DNA of 36,326 bases, taken from IMG/VR virus record IMGVR_UViG_3300026628_000004, one strand, 5' to 3'. Under the pieces are notes generated by a model. It worked only from the letters and a program-made list of their open reading frames with translations. It had not been told where the DNA came from and ran no database searches. Source of the DNA: a virus. The position numbers and the translations under genes were made by a program. Below, piece by piece: positions 9,524 to 17,910 of this stretch; position 1 is the stretch's first letter; each line of letters opens with the position of its first letter.

Positions 9524-9760
9524 ATGATGAACGAAGTATTTAACGAAACAAATATTGCTCAGAAAGAATTTTCGCAAAAGGTAACATTACTGGAAAGGAT
9601 GAAAGACATTGCAAGTGAATCTGAAAATTTTGAAGAGTTCTTTATCAATATAAAAAACCGCCTGGGCTGGATAAAACTAACCAGGATATTAGAGGTCATG
9701 GGGGAAAACGGGGATCATGATCTGGGTGAGTTTTACGAGAAATACAGTCAACAGGTATGA
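9524..9760 (+). CDS. Hypothetical protein, paralog of the N-terminal part of ORF 8773-9153
   Basis: GGAGG RBS. Similarity to 8773-9153 was seen by eye. Confidence 0.5.
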   Translation: MMNEVFNETNIAQKEFSQKVTLLERMKDIASESENFEEFFINIKNRLGWIKLTRILEVMGENGDHDLGEFYEKYSQQV

Positions 9761-9824
9761 ATAACAATACAGAATAACAAAATCTTTCCGGAAAGCCTGG
9801 CCATCAGCTGGATCCAAAGCCAGG
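9761..9824 (+). repeat. Palindrome-rich intergenic element, copy 1 (copy 2 at 33406-33469)
   Basis: About 64 bp aligns ungapped with roughly 5 mismatches. It contains the CTTTCCGGAAAG palindrome and a CCTGGC...GCCAGG stem enclosing CAGCTG and GGATCC. Confidence 0.85.
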
Positions 9825-9858
9825 TCAGGCTTTATCATAATAACAGAGGAAAACAACG

Positions 9859-10038
9859 CTATTCTTTTTTACTTTCCCACAAATCATCATGAAGATTTTC
9901 AGTGTTACGTACAGAGCATGAATTCCAAGAGCTTTGGCCTATTTCCTTGTTAATATCAAAACTTATGCTTGCCAACGGTCCTGCTTTCTCATATTTCTCC
10001 CTTTCTGCTATTTTGATTCCAGCAATATCAATACTCAT
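9859..10038 (-). CDS. Lone minus-strand 59-aa ORF (below the ORF-track cutoff)
   Basis: Hand translation: MSIDIAGIKIAEREKYEKAGPLASISFDINKEIGQSSWNSCSVRNTENLHDDLWESKKE. GAGGTG lies 5 nt upstream of the ATG. Confidence 0.4.
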   Translation of the reverse strand: MSIDIAGIKIAEREKYEKAGPLASISFDINKEIGQSSWNSCSVRNTENLHDDLWESKKE

Positions 10039-10051
10039 GAGTCACCTCTCT

Positions 10052-10076
10052 ATTGTAGATGTATAGATTCTACAAT
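10052..10076. promoter_or_regulatory. Inverted repeat ATTGTAGA-N9-TCTACAAT next to the RBS of the minus-strand ORF; operator or 5-prime-UTR hairpin candidate
   Basis: Perfect 8-bp arms read directly from the sequence. It sits in the 160-bp T-tract-rich gap before gpW. Confidence 0.3.
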
Positions 10077-10201
10077 CCAGGAGATAACCTTGCAAGTTTT
10101 ATTTTCTATTTTTTATACAATTTTCTAATCTTTCTAAGTTTTCTCAGTTTTATTAGACGGGGAGTCTAAAAGGGTTCATATTTCCCTCAGGAAGGTGAGA
10201 T

Positions 10202-10420
10202 ATGGCTGGTATTACCCTTGAACAGGCAACCGAGCATTTGAATCTCTGGCTTGAGGCAGATAAAGTCGTTAGCACCGGCCAGGAATATTATATCGGCAAC
10301 AGAAAAATGACCCGTGCCGACGCATCTGAAATCCGGAAAAATATAGATTACTGGCAGCACAAAGTTACATCCCTCTCCCGCGGCGGCGGAATAAAAGTGC
10401 ACCAGGTCGTGCCCCGATGA
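10202..10420 (+). CDS. Head-tail joining protein, lambda gpW family
   Basis: 72 aa, immediately upstream of and overlapping the lambda-type portal. It shows the gpW-like pattern (LEQA..HLNLWLEA...G.EY.IGNRKMTRAD..EIRKNIDYW). Confidence 0.7.
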   Translation: MAGITLEQATEHLNLWLEADKVVSTGQEYYIGNRKMTRADASEIRKNIDYWQHKVTSLSRGGGIKVHQVVPR

Positions 10421-11937
10421 ATGTTAAAACTAACATTGTAGACAAAGTAGTCGGCTGGATTAGCCCCCGTGCCGGCTACAGACGCATGGCAGCCCGTGCG
10501 TCTATGTCTATCCTTGGCAGCGCTTCGTATTCCGCCGCCACTTCCAAGCCCTCTTTGAAACAATGGAAAACGTCCCCCGGGGACGCTGACGCTGACTCTC
10601 TTGATGATCTGCCAATACTCCGGGAGAGATCAAGGGATCTTATAAGAAATGCTCCTGTAGCAACAGGCGTAATAAACACAGTACAGACCAGTGTCGTGGG
10701 TTCAGGCTTAACCCTGGATGCAACTATAGATAAAAATATACTTGGCTTCACTGACGAGCAAGCCAAGGAATGGGAAAGGAAAACAGAAAGAGAGTTTAAA
10801 TTATGGGCTGAGAACACAGCCTGCGATGCAGAGCGTACTCTGAATTTTTACGGTTTACAAAATCTTGCTTTCAGACAAGCTCTTGAAAACGGAGATGTTT
10901 TCAGCTTATTGACATACATAGAGAGAGAGACACCATATGATCTTGTGGTGAATCTCATTGAGGCTGACAGGTGCAGTAACCCCAATTTCAGATATGATAC
11001 ATCAAAACTCTCAGGCGGTGTGGAAAAAGACGAGCACGGCGCTCCGAAAAAATATTATTTTCAGAAGACTCATCCAGGTTCAATTTTTGGCATAAATCAA
11101 AGATGGGAGCCGGTTGACGCTTTTAACAGTATGGGTTTAAGAAATGTCCTGCACCTGTTTGACAAAAAACGTCCCGGTCAGTCAAGAGGGATTCCTTATT
11201 TAGTGCCAGTGATAGAGGCGTTAAAACAGCTTGAGCGCTTTACCGATGCCGAACTTATGGCAGCGGTAATTTCAGGCATGTATACTGCATTTCTTGAAGA
11301 TGATGATCTTGAAGATATCCCGCCGGCAATCCTGGACGATGACAGCACTGAAAAAACAGACGGTCCCCAGGAGTTCTCGCTTTCCGAAGGAACAATAATC
11401 TCCGCCGGAAAAGGTAAATCCCTGAAGCCAACAGGTCTTGACAGACCTAACCAGGCTTTTGAGCCGTTTTTTCTGGCAATAGTAAAACAAATCGGGGCAG
11501 CTCTCGGAGTGCCGTTTGAGATACTTATGAAAAATTTTCAGGCAAGCTTTTCTGCGTCCCAGGCGGCGATGTATGAAGCCTGGAGATTTTTTAAAGCAAG
11601 AAGAAACTGGCTTGCAACTTATTTCTGCCAACCTATATATGAAAGATTTTTATACGAAGCAGTGGCAAAGGGCAGAATAGACGCTCCCGGTTTTTTTACC
11701 GACCCCATGAAGCGCAAAGCTTATCTCTCCGCTAACTGGATAGGACCCGCAAAAGGCATGATCGATGAGCTGAAAGAGATAAAAGCCGCAAAAGAAAGAA
11801 TCAATGTTGGTATATCGACACTAAAAGAAGAGACTGCAAATCTTACCGGCGGAGATTGGGAGAAAAAGACGGAACAGCGCGGGGTTGAGGTAAGGAAGAG
11901 ACGTGACAACAAGCTTGAAAAAGAGGAGGCGCAATGA
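10417..11937 (+). CDS. Portal protein, lambda gpB family
   Basis: 506 aa, placed between gpW and the S49 protease. The family-typical RSRDL.RN.P segment is present. Confidence 0.85.
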   Translation: MNVKTNIVDKVVGWISPRAGYRRMAARASMSILGSASYSAATSKPSLKQWKTSPGDADADSLDDLPILRERSRDLIRNAPVATGVINTVQTSVVGSGLTLDATIDKNILGFTDEQAKEWERKTEREFKLWAENTACDAERTLNFYGLQNLAFRQALENGDVFSLLTYIERETPYDLVVNLIEADRCSNPNFRYDTSKLSGGVEKDEHGAPKKYYFQKTHPGSIFGINQRWEPVDAFNSMGLRNVLHLFDKKRPGQSRGIPYLVPVIEALKQLERFTDAELMAAVISGMYTAFLEDDDLEDIPPAILDDDSTEKTDGPQEFSLSEGTIISAGKGKSLKPTGLDRPNQAFEPFFLAIVKQIGAALGVPFEILMKNFQASFSASQAAMYEAWRFFKARRNWLATYFCQPIYERFLYEAVAKGRIDAPGFFTDPMKRKAYLSANWIGPAKGMIDELKEIKAAKERINVGISTLKEETANLTGGDWEKKTEQRGVEVRKRRDNKLEKEEAQ

Positions 11938-13145
11938 TTCTAAAAACATTACTTGCTCAGCAGTGGGCAATGCAGCGCGATGCTCTGCAGAAAATGTACG
12001 ATATAGCTCTGCAGCATAAAAACAATAACTTTGATGCTGTGCAATTGAAATCGGGTGAACCACTGAAGAATACAATAGAAACAACTGTTCGCGACGGAGT
12101 GGCCATTATCCCTGTGACCGGTCCCATATTTCGATATGCAAACCTGTTTACTGCAATGTGCGGAGCAACATCGATAGAAATATTCGCACAGGAATTAAAT
12201 ACGGCAGTGGAAAACCCGGATGTAAAAGCAATCATCCTGGACATAGATTCCCCGGGCGGTCAGGTGTCGGGTATACATGAGCTGGCCGAAACCATTTATA
12301 ATTTCAGAGACACAAAACCGATAAAGGCTTATGTAGGCTCACTTGCCGCAAGCGCAGGTTATTTTATAGCAAGCGCTGCAGATGAAATCATCATTGACGC
12401 AATGGGACAGGCAGGCAGCATCGGTGTTGTAACAACGCTTTATACAAACAAAGATGAGAACAGTGTTGAGATTGTATCAAGCAAGAGCCCGAATAAGCGT
12501 CCTGATTTCTCGACAGAGGAAGGAAAATCAAAAGTACAGGGGCTTATCGATGAGATGGCGGATGTGTTTATCGACAGGGTAGCGAAATACAGAAATATGA
12601 CTGCAGAAGCTGTTGTAAAAGCGGGCGATTTTGGCGGCGTTCGTATAGGTACGAGTGCTGTAAATGCCGGTCTGGCTGACAGGCTTGGAAATATGGAAGA
12701 TCTAATAAAAGAATTAAGCGAAAAGGAGGATGCCACCATGGTAGTAAAACGCGGAGCAACCACAGGCAAATCTGAAGAAGATATGTCCGGCAAAGAGAAA
12801 GAGTTATCTCCGGATACCGTAAAAGCGGATTATCCGGAAATAGCCGAAGCACTTAAAAAGGAAGGCGCAAAAGACGAAAGAGACAGAATCAAAGCTGTGG
12901 AAGACGCATCAATCACAGGTGCAGAGGATTTGATTGCCGAATTGAAATATGACGGCAAAACAACCGGACCGGAAGCTGCTGCAAAAGTGCTGCAGAAAAT
13001 GAAAACAGCCGGTAATGACATCCTGGCATCATTGAAAGATGAAGCTCCAAGGACAGTAAAAGGGTCTGAAGATGATAAGCAGACCGCTCAGGCAAATCTT
13101 GAGAATTACATGATCGAATCAGCAGGAGGAAAGAAAAATGAGTGA
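11934..13145 (+). CDS. Head maturation protease, S49 (SppA/ClpP-like; lambda gpC-type)
   Basis: LDIDSPGGQV and ASAGYFIASAAD motifs. It has a charged scaffold-like C-terminal third. Confidence 0.85.
   Translation: MILKTLLAQQWAMQRDALQKMYDIALQHKNNNFDAVQLKSGEPLKNTIETTVRDGVAIIPVTGPIFRYANLFTAMCGATSIEIFAQELNTAVENPDVKAIILDIDSPGGQVSGIHELAETIYNFRDTKPIKAYVGSLAASAGYFIASAADEIIIDAMGQAGSIGVVTTLYTNKDENSVEIVSSKSPNKRPDFSTEEGKSKVQGLIDEMADVFIDRVAKYRNMTAEAVVKAGDFGGVRIGTSAVNAGLADRLGNMEDLIKELSEKEDATMVVKRGATTGKSEEDMSGKEKELSPDTVKADYPEIAEALKKEGAKDERDRIKAVEDASITGAEDLIAELKYDGKTTGPEAAAKVLQKMKTAGNDILASLKDEAPRTVKGSEDDKQTAQANLENYMIESAGGKKNE
12738..13145 (+). CDS. Candidate nested scaffolding protein (Nu3-like in-frame internal start)
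   Basis: AAGGAGG (12723-12729) lies 8 nt upstream of an in-frame ATG at 12738. The downstream 135 aa are charged and alpha-helical. Confidence 0.45.
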   Translation: MVVKRGATTGKSEEDMSGKEKELSPDTVKADYPEIAEALKKEGAKDERDRIKAVEDASITGAEDLIAELKYDGKTTGPEAAAKVLQKMKTAGNDILASLKDEAPRTVKGSEDDKQTAQANLENYMIESAGGKKNE

Positions 13146-13482
13146 GTATATCCCAGATAACCTGATAGCAGGTGATTTTCCAATTAAGGCAAAAAGTATT
13201 ATTGTTGCCAGCGGGCAGGTACTAACACGCGGCGCGGTGCTGGGAGTTGTTACCGCTTCCGGTAAGGCTGTCTTATCCGAATCGGCTGCTACAGACGGTT
13301 CACAAGACGCGAAAATGATTTTGGCCGAAGATGTTGATGCAAGCGCAGTCGATGTGGTCGCTACGGCGTATATCACAGGCGAGTTTGCAGAAGAAGCCCT
13401 GACAATAGGTACAGGGCATACCGTAGACAGCATAAGAAACCCCCTTCACTTGAGGGGAATTATAATCAGAAAAACAGTGTGA
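13138..13482 (+). CDS. Head decoration protein (lambda gpD-like)
   Basis: 114 aa, placed between the protease and the major capsid protein. It shows the GDFP...G.VLGVVTASGK...DGSQDA..ILAEDVDA...AYITGEF pattern. Confidence 0.65.
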   Translation: MSEYIPDNLIAGDFPIKAKSIIVASGQVLTRGAVLGVVTASGKAVLSESAATDGSQDAKMILAEDVDASAVDVVATAYITGEFAEEALTIGTGHTVDSIRNPLHLRGIIIRKTV

Positions 13483-13490
13483 GGTGAGAA

Positions 13491-14513
13491 ATGCCTGATG
13501 TATTTGACAGAAGAACACTTAATCGTGTTGTGCAGCAAAGAGTATATAAGGGAAGTTTTTTCCTTGATACTTTTTTTAAACCAGAGCTGCCGGCTGACAC
13601 GGAATTTATAGAGGTTGATATCGAAAAAACCGGAGGCAGGAAACTTGCGCCGGTGGTATCACCTGTAGTCGGCGGTGTTGTAGTGAAGAAAGACGGTTCT
13701 GAACAAAGAACGTTCAAAGCACCCTATCTGCACCCAAAAACAATTATCACTCCGAAGGATATGGCAAAAAGGTTTGCCGGTGAAAATCCTTACGGCGACA
13801 CCATAACTCCTGAAATGCGTCTTGCAAGAAAGGTTGCAAAAGAACTTTCCAGGCTTGATGACAGTATTGAGCGCAGAAAAGAATATTATGCTGCTCAGGC
13901 GCTGCTTGAAGGCAAAACTGTTGTTTCCGGAGAAGGCGTTGAGTATGAAATAGACTATCAGAGAGATGTTGAATTGACAGTAACTTTGACAAGTACAGAT
14001 CTCTGGAGTGATGCAGCGTCAGATCCTATTGATGATCTGAGAAATTTCAGAAGACTCCTGAACAAGAGAGGATACACACCCGACACAGTAGTCTTAGGAG
14101 CCAACGTAATAAAAAATTTCTTTTCGCATCAAGCTGTGAAGGATCATTACGCAACCAGCGGATTCAATATTGCTCAGCTTGAGCAGACTCCTATTGGCAG
14201 CGGTGTTGTATACCACGGAGCAATACCTGAATTCGGCAAAATTTACAGCTATAATGAATGGTACTTTGATGAGGACACTCAGACAAGTCTGCCGCTGATG
14301 CCTGAAGACAAGATTCTTTTGGGTGATTCATCAGCCGATAACAGATTGCTGCACGGAGCAGTGCAGAATATGCATGCCGGAGGTATGGCAGCACTTGAGA
14401 AGTTTGTTGATCGTAAAGACCTGGATGGTAAAGGGATGGAACTGAAAGTGGAATCGGCGCCTTTGCCTGCACTAACCAGCCCGGATTCAGTTCTCGTGGC
14501 TACGGTAATATAA
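13491..14513 (+). CDS. Major capsid protein (lambda gpE family)
   Basis: 340 aa. Its position and gpE-like N-terminus (FDRRTL..VV......FFLDTFF) support the call. Confidence 0.85.
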   Translation: MPDVFDRRTLNRVVQQRVYKGSFFLDTFFKPELPADTEFIEVDIEKTGGRKLAPVVSPVVGGVVVKKDGSEQRTFKAPYLHPKTIITPKDMAKRFAGENPYGDTITPEMRLARKVAKELSRLDDSIERRKEYYAAQALLEGKTVVSGEGVEYEIDYQRDVELTVTLTSTDLWSDAASDPIDDLRNFRRLLNKRGYTPDTVVLGANVIKNFFSHQAVKDHYATSGFNIAQLEQTPIGSGVVYHGAIPEFGKIYSYNEWYFDEDTQTSLPLMPEDKILLGDSSADNRLLHGAVQNMHAGGMAALEKFVDRKDLDGKGMELKVESAPLPALTSPDSVLVATVI

Positions 14514-14524
14514 GGGGGTAATTT

Positions 14525-14878
14525 ATGGGTAAAACAATAAAAGCAATGACTCTACATACGATAAAATCAAAGGGCGAATTTCAGCCCCCAGGGACGGAAG
14601 TCGCACTCGATGAGGCGGAATTCAAGAGGTTGTTCAACAACGGAGCTGTGACAAAATATTCCGGCAAAAAAACCGAAAACAAGGGAAGCGAAAACGGCAA
14701 AAGAACACGTGAACTTGATTATGAAAATCTCACAGTCGAACAAGTAGAAGCGGAGCTCAACAAACTCACAGTCGGTGAAATAAAGACTTATCTCGAGCAG
14801 ATGGAAGTTGAGCACCAATCTGACAGCACCAAGGCAGAGTTGATACCTGTGCTTGCTAAAGCACTTAAGGGGTCGTAG
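14525..14878 (+). CDS. Hypothetical protein with SAP/HeH-like motifs
   Basis: LTVEQVEAELNKL and TVGEIKTYLEQMEV...KAELIPVLAKAL segments. GGGGG RBS. Confidence 0.5.
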   Translation: MGKTIKAMTLHTIKSKGEFQPPGTEVALDEAEFKRLFNNGAVTKYSGKKTENKGSENGKRTRELDYENLTVEQVEAELNKLTVGEIKTYLEQMEVEHQSDSTKAELIPVLAKALKGS

Positions 14879-14911
14879 AAGACCCGCAAACCTCCTGAAG
14901 GTTGTTGAATG

Positions 14912-14937
14912 AAGGGCGGTACTATGTTGCCGCCCTT
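14912..14937 (+). terminator. Hairpin AAGGGCGG-N10-CCGCCCTT after the capsid operon; weak or partial terminator candidate
   Basis: An 8-bp stem read from the sequence, followed by only TTT. Confidence 0.3.
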
Positions 14938-14959
14938 TAAAAAAGGCAGGGGAGTTTTT

Positions 14960-15226
14960 ATGGATGAAATACTTATGATCTTACAGATAATTTCCGCAGT
15001 TGCAGCACTTGTGCTTTTTCCGATCTGGAAAAATATGCATTCGATTTCAAAAGCAACAAATGAATTGAAAGTTAATATTGCGGAAAACTATGTGAAAAAA
15101 GCGGATTTGTTAAAACATGAAGACGATAACAACAGACGTTTTGATAAATTTGAAGAGCGGTTCGGAAGTGAGATCGGCAAAGTCTATAAAAAAATAGACG
15201 AAAGAACGATCGGGGGGAATAAGTGA
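14960..15226 (+). CDS. Membrane-anchored coiled-coil protein; holin or i-spanin candidate
   Basis: The ORF track begins at 14909, inside the hairpin. The ATG at 14960 follows AGGGGAG. It has an N-terminal TM helix (ILMILQIISAVAALVLFPIW) and overlaps the endolysin start. Confidence 0.4.
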   Translation: MDEILMILQIISAVAALVLFPIWKNMHSISKATNELKVNIAENYVKKADLLKHEDDNNRRFDKFEERFGSEIGKVYKKIDERTIGGNK

Positions 15227-15687
15227 ATCTGCGTGCAGCTATTGCAAAGTTCAGAAAAAAGAAAACAACGGAAACATTTCTTGCCCGCCAGCTTGTGAGG
15301 CATGAAGGCTTACGTCTGTATCCTTACAAAGATACAAAAGGTAAGCTGACAATAGGTGTAGGCAGAAATATAGAAGATAACGGAATAAACGAACAGGAAG
15401 CAATGTATATGCTTGAAAATGATATCGAGCGCAGCAGGAAAGAACTTGAAAACAACCTGCCATTTTTTAACACTCTCAACAAGGCAAGGCAGGATGTATT
15501 GATAAACATGTGTTTCAACATGGGCATTACCTCTTTTCTGGAATTTGAAAAAACATTTGAATATATAGAAGCCGGTGATTTTGAAGCGGCATCTATTGAG
15601 ATGCTTGATTCAAAATGGGCTAAAAAAGATGTGGGGGAGAGCAGATCAAATGAACTTTCCCAGCAGATGAAAACAGGGGTGAGATAA
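15223..15687 (+). CDS. Endolysin, T4-type lysozyme (GH24)
   Basis: RHEGLRLYPYKDTKGKLTIGVGRN carries the catalytic Glu, Asp and Thr triad pattern. Confidence 0.9.
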   Translation: MNLRAAIAKFRKKKTTETFLARQLVRHEGLRLYPYKDTKGKLTIGVGRNIEDNGINEQEAMYMLENDIERSRKELENNLPFFNTLNKARQDVLINMCFNMGITSFLEFEKTFEYIEAGDFEAASIEMLDSKWAKKDVGESRSNELSQQMKTGVR

Positions 15688-16163
15688 TGTTTGGGACTAT
15701 AGCAGCAGCGGTTGCCCCGCTGATCACAAAACTTGCAACAAACGGACTGGAAACCGTCGGAGAAGCTGTTGCCCAAAAAGGAAAAGAGAAAGTTGAAGAT
15801 ATGCTCGGGGTTGATCTTGAAAAAGAGGCTCAGAGCCCTGAAGGCATAAAGAAACTAAAAGAACTCCAGGAGCAGAAAAACACAGAACTAAAAATGCTGC
15901 TGGAGGATAAACAAAGTCTTGACAGGCAGGTTACAAAACGCTGGGAAGCTGACTCGGGGAGCGAGTCTTTTCTATCAAAAAACATTCGTCCGATGACGCT
16001 TGTATATCTTTTACTTGCCTTTACTCTTTTCGGTATTCTCGCAGGGCTCGGAGTTGAAGTGCCGGCGATTTATGCAGAAGGGCTCAGGGATTTTATCTAT
16101 ATTGCTGTACCAGCATATTTCGGACTTAGAACTATCGATAAAAGAAAAGGAAAAACAAAATGA
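15687..16163 (+). CDS. Putative holin (3-TM, gene-transfer-agent type)
   Basis: It lies directly after the endolysin. It has a charged N-terminal helix and then C-terminal TM segments (MTLVYLLLAFTLFGILAGLGV, IYIAVPAYFGL). Confidence 0.45.
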   Translation: MFGTIAAAVAPLITKLATNGLETVGEAVAQKGKEKVEDMLGVDLEKEAQSPEGIKKLKELQEQKNTELKMLLEDKQSLDRQVTKRWEADSGSESFLSKNIRPMTLVYLLLAFTLFGILAGLGVEVPAIYAEGLRDFIYIAVPAYFGLRTIDKRKGKTK

Positions 16164-16480
16164 TATTGAAAGACACTTTTTTCAAAGATGCCGAAACAAT
16201 GCTAAACACTGATGAATTTGCTGAAATCGTAAATTGGGACGGCAAAGATATAAAAGTTATACCGGAAAGTGTTTCGGATCCTATGAAAAACCTGGAAGAT
16301 ATAAGCACAAACGGACTTATACAGAAAAGGTATAAAGTTTTTGTCCAGGAAGCTGTGTTGCCGAATCCGCCGGTTATAGGCTCGCTTGTTGAAATCGACG
16401 GCGAACACTACACAATCGATGAGGCGGAACCGTCAGGCACAATGCTTGAGATAACTTGCATCAAAGGAGAAGGCAGGTAA
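16160..16480 (+). CDS. Putative head-tail joining or head completion protein
   Basis: The size, position and general pattern (DEFAE.V......I.VI....G.LVEIDGE.Y.I) fit this role. Confidence 0.4.
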   Translation: MILKDTFFKDAETMLNTDEFAEIVNWDGKDIKVIPESVSDPMKNLEDISTNGLIQKRYKVFVQEAVLPNPPVIGSLVEIDGEHYTIDEAEPSGTMLEITCIKGEGR

Positions 16481-17142
16481 TGGCAAAAAGAAAACCAGCA
16501 CCCTACAGCTCAGAAAAGCCTGTGGAGCTGGATGTAACGCTCGATGCCGAGGCGCTTGACTGGGTGCAGGATTATATGCGCACATTCCCTGAGCGTGTAA
16601 AAAAGAGTGCTGAAAGAGCTATAAGAAGAGCCGGCAAAGGTTTTCTATCAGATCTGAAGAACGCTATAGCTGAAAAATACACGGCGCCCAGAAAAGTTTT
16701 CGATGAGTATGGATCTGTAAAAACATTCGGTCCTTATAATAATGATCTGAAATTCAAGATTCGGCTGGGTGAAAAAGGCCGCGCAAAGAGGCCGCCGCTT
16801 ATTCTTTTTAAACATTCTCCTGCAGGAATAACCCGTGGTGCAGATGCTCCAAATGTCGGGCTTACAATCGAATATATGAAAGGGAAGCGCTATAAATTGC
16901 CTGGCAGTTTTATAGCTGATGCACCGGTAAGAGGACTTAATATATACGTAAGGCAGTCAAGCAGATCAACAGGTAAAACTGACTCAAGAGACAAGATATA
17001 TAAACAGGTAGGGATGTCAGTGCCTCAAATGGCAAGGTCAAATGACCTGCTGGATGAAATAACGCCTAACATATCAATGCGCTTTCAAAAGGAGCTAAAG
17101 CATCAGCTGACAGAAGGATATAAACACGGAGGCAAAAAGTGA
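16480..17142 (+). CDS. Hypothetical virion morphogenesis protein
   Basis: The ATG at 16480 follows AAGGAGAAGG and overlaps the upstream stop. The ORF track's start at 16456 is less likely. Confidence 0.4.
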   Translation: MAKRKPAPYSSEKPVELDVTLDAEALDWVQDYMRTFPERVKKSAERAIRRAGKGFLSDLKNAIAEKYTAPRKVFDEYGSVKTFGPYNNDLKFKIRLGEKGRAKRPPLILFKHSPAGITRGADAPNVGLTIEYMKGKRYKLPGSFIADAPVRGLNIYVRQSSRSTGKTDSRDKIYKQVGMSVPQMARSNDLLDEITPNISMRFQKELKHQLTEGYKHGGKK

Positions 17143-17630
17143 ATACATGGGCTTTGCTTGAAGCACTTGTGGAGTTATTTAAAGCTGAATTCGAGAAAGG
17201 CGAAGTTTATTTCTCGAAAAAAGACAGCCTGGCCAAAGATCAGCTGCCACAGGTATACATTGATTCTCTACCACCCAGGATAAATGACAGTGACTGGCCG
17301 TATATCGTAATAGAGCCGCCGCGTGAAGCTGAGGATAACCTGGAAACAACGTCAATACCAATAAATATCTTTTGCGGCGCTTACAGCTCAATAAAGTCCG
17401 AGGGAAAAGACGGCGCACTGTTTGAAGTGCTGCGCCTTGTGGACAGAGCAAGAGAGATACTGAATAAGAACCGCACTATTGGTGCTTTCCGCCTTGACGG
17501 GAACGGCATCAAGTGGGGAGTTGATAAAATCAGCAGGGAAGCTGTTCAGTATGCAGTAGGCGGAATACAGCCTATGTACGAAACAGTTTCACAAATGCCA
17601 GAATTAATGGAGGAAGACAGTGGCTACTAA
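17139..17630 (+). CDS. Hypothetical tail completion or terminator-region protein
   Basis: GTG start after GGAGG. Located between the connector genes and the sheath. Confidence 0.4.
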   Translation: MNTWALLEALVELFKAEFEKGEVYFSKKDSLAKDQLPQVYIDSLPPRINDSDWPYIVIEPPREAEDNLETTSIPINIFCGAYSSIKSEGKDGALFEVLRLVDRAREILNKNRTIGAFRLDGNGIKWGVDKISREAVQYAVGGIQPMYETVSQMPELMEEDSGY

Positions 17631-17910
17631 AACAAATTTCAAAAGTTCGGAAACAAAGGAACAGGAAACTTCAACAAAGAAAGCGCCTGCAACAAAAAAA
17701 CAGGCGATTGTGTATCTCGGTCCATCGATGCCAGGATTGATGCACGGGACGATTTTGAAAACACTTAATCCTGAAGCGAAAAAACTTCAGGAAAACAGGC
17801 CTGAATCCAGGCAGCTTTTCGTAACGCCTGACAGGGTTGCTGCTACACGCAGAGAACTTCAAAACAAAGGTGCTTTGAGAGACATTTTCGAAGCGATAAG
17901 AGGTGAATGA
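17620..17910 (+). CDS. Hypothetical protein
   Basis: GTG start after GGAGGAAG. Coupled to the sheath gene by an ATGA overlap. Confidence 0.4.
   Translation: MATKTNFKSSETKEQETSTKKAPATKKQAIVYLGPSMPGLMHGTILKTLNPEAKKLQENRPESRQLFVTPDRVAATRRELQNKGALRDIFEAIRGE

Noticed and set aside
14909-14959. Upstream start of ORF 14909-15226
   Set aside because: This start would place the initiation codon inside the AAGGGCGG/CCGCCCTT hairpin with no RBS. The ATG at 14960 has an AGGGGAG RBS and begins directly at the TM helix.
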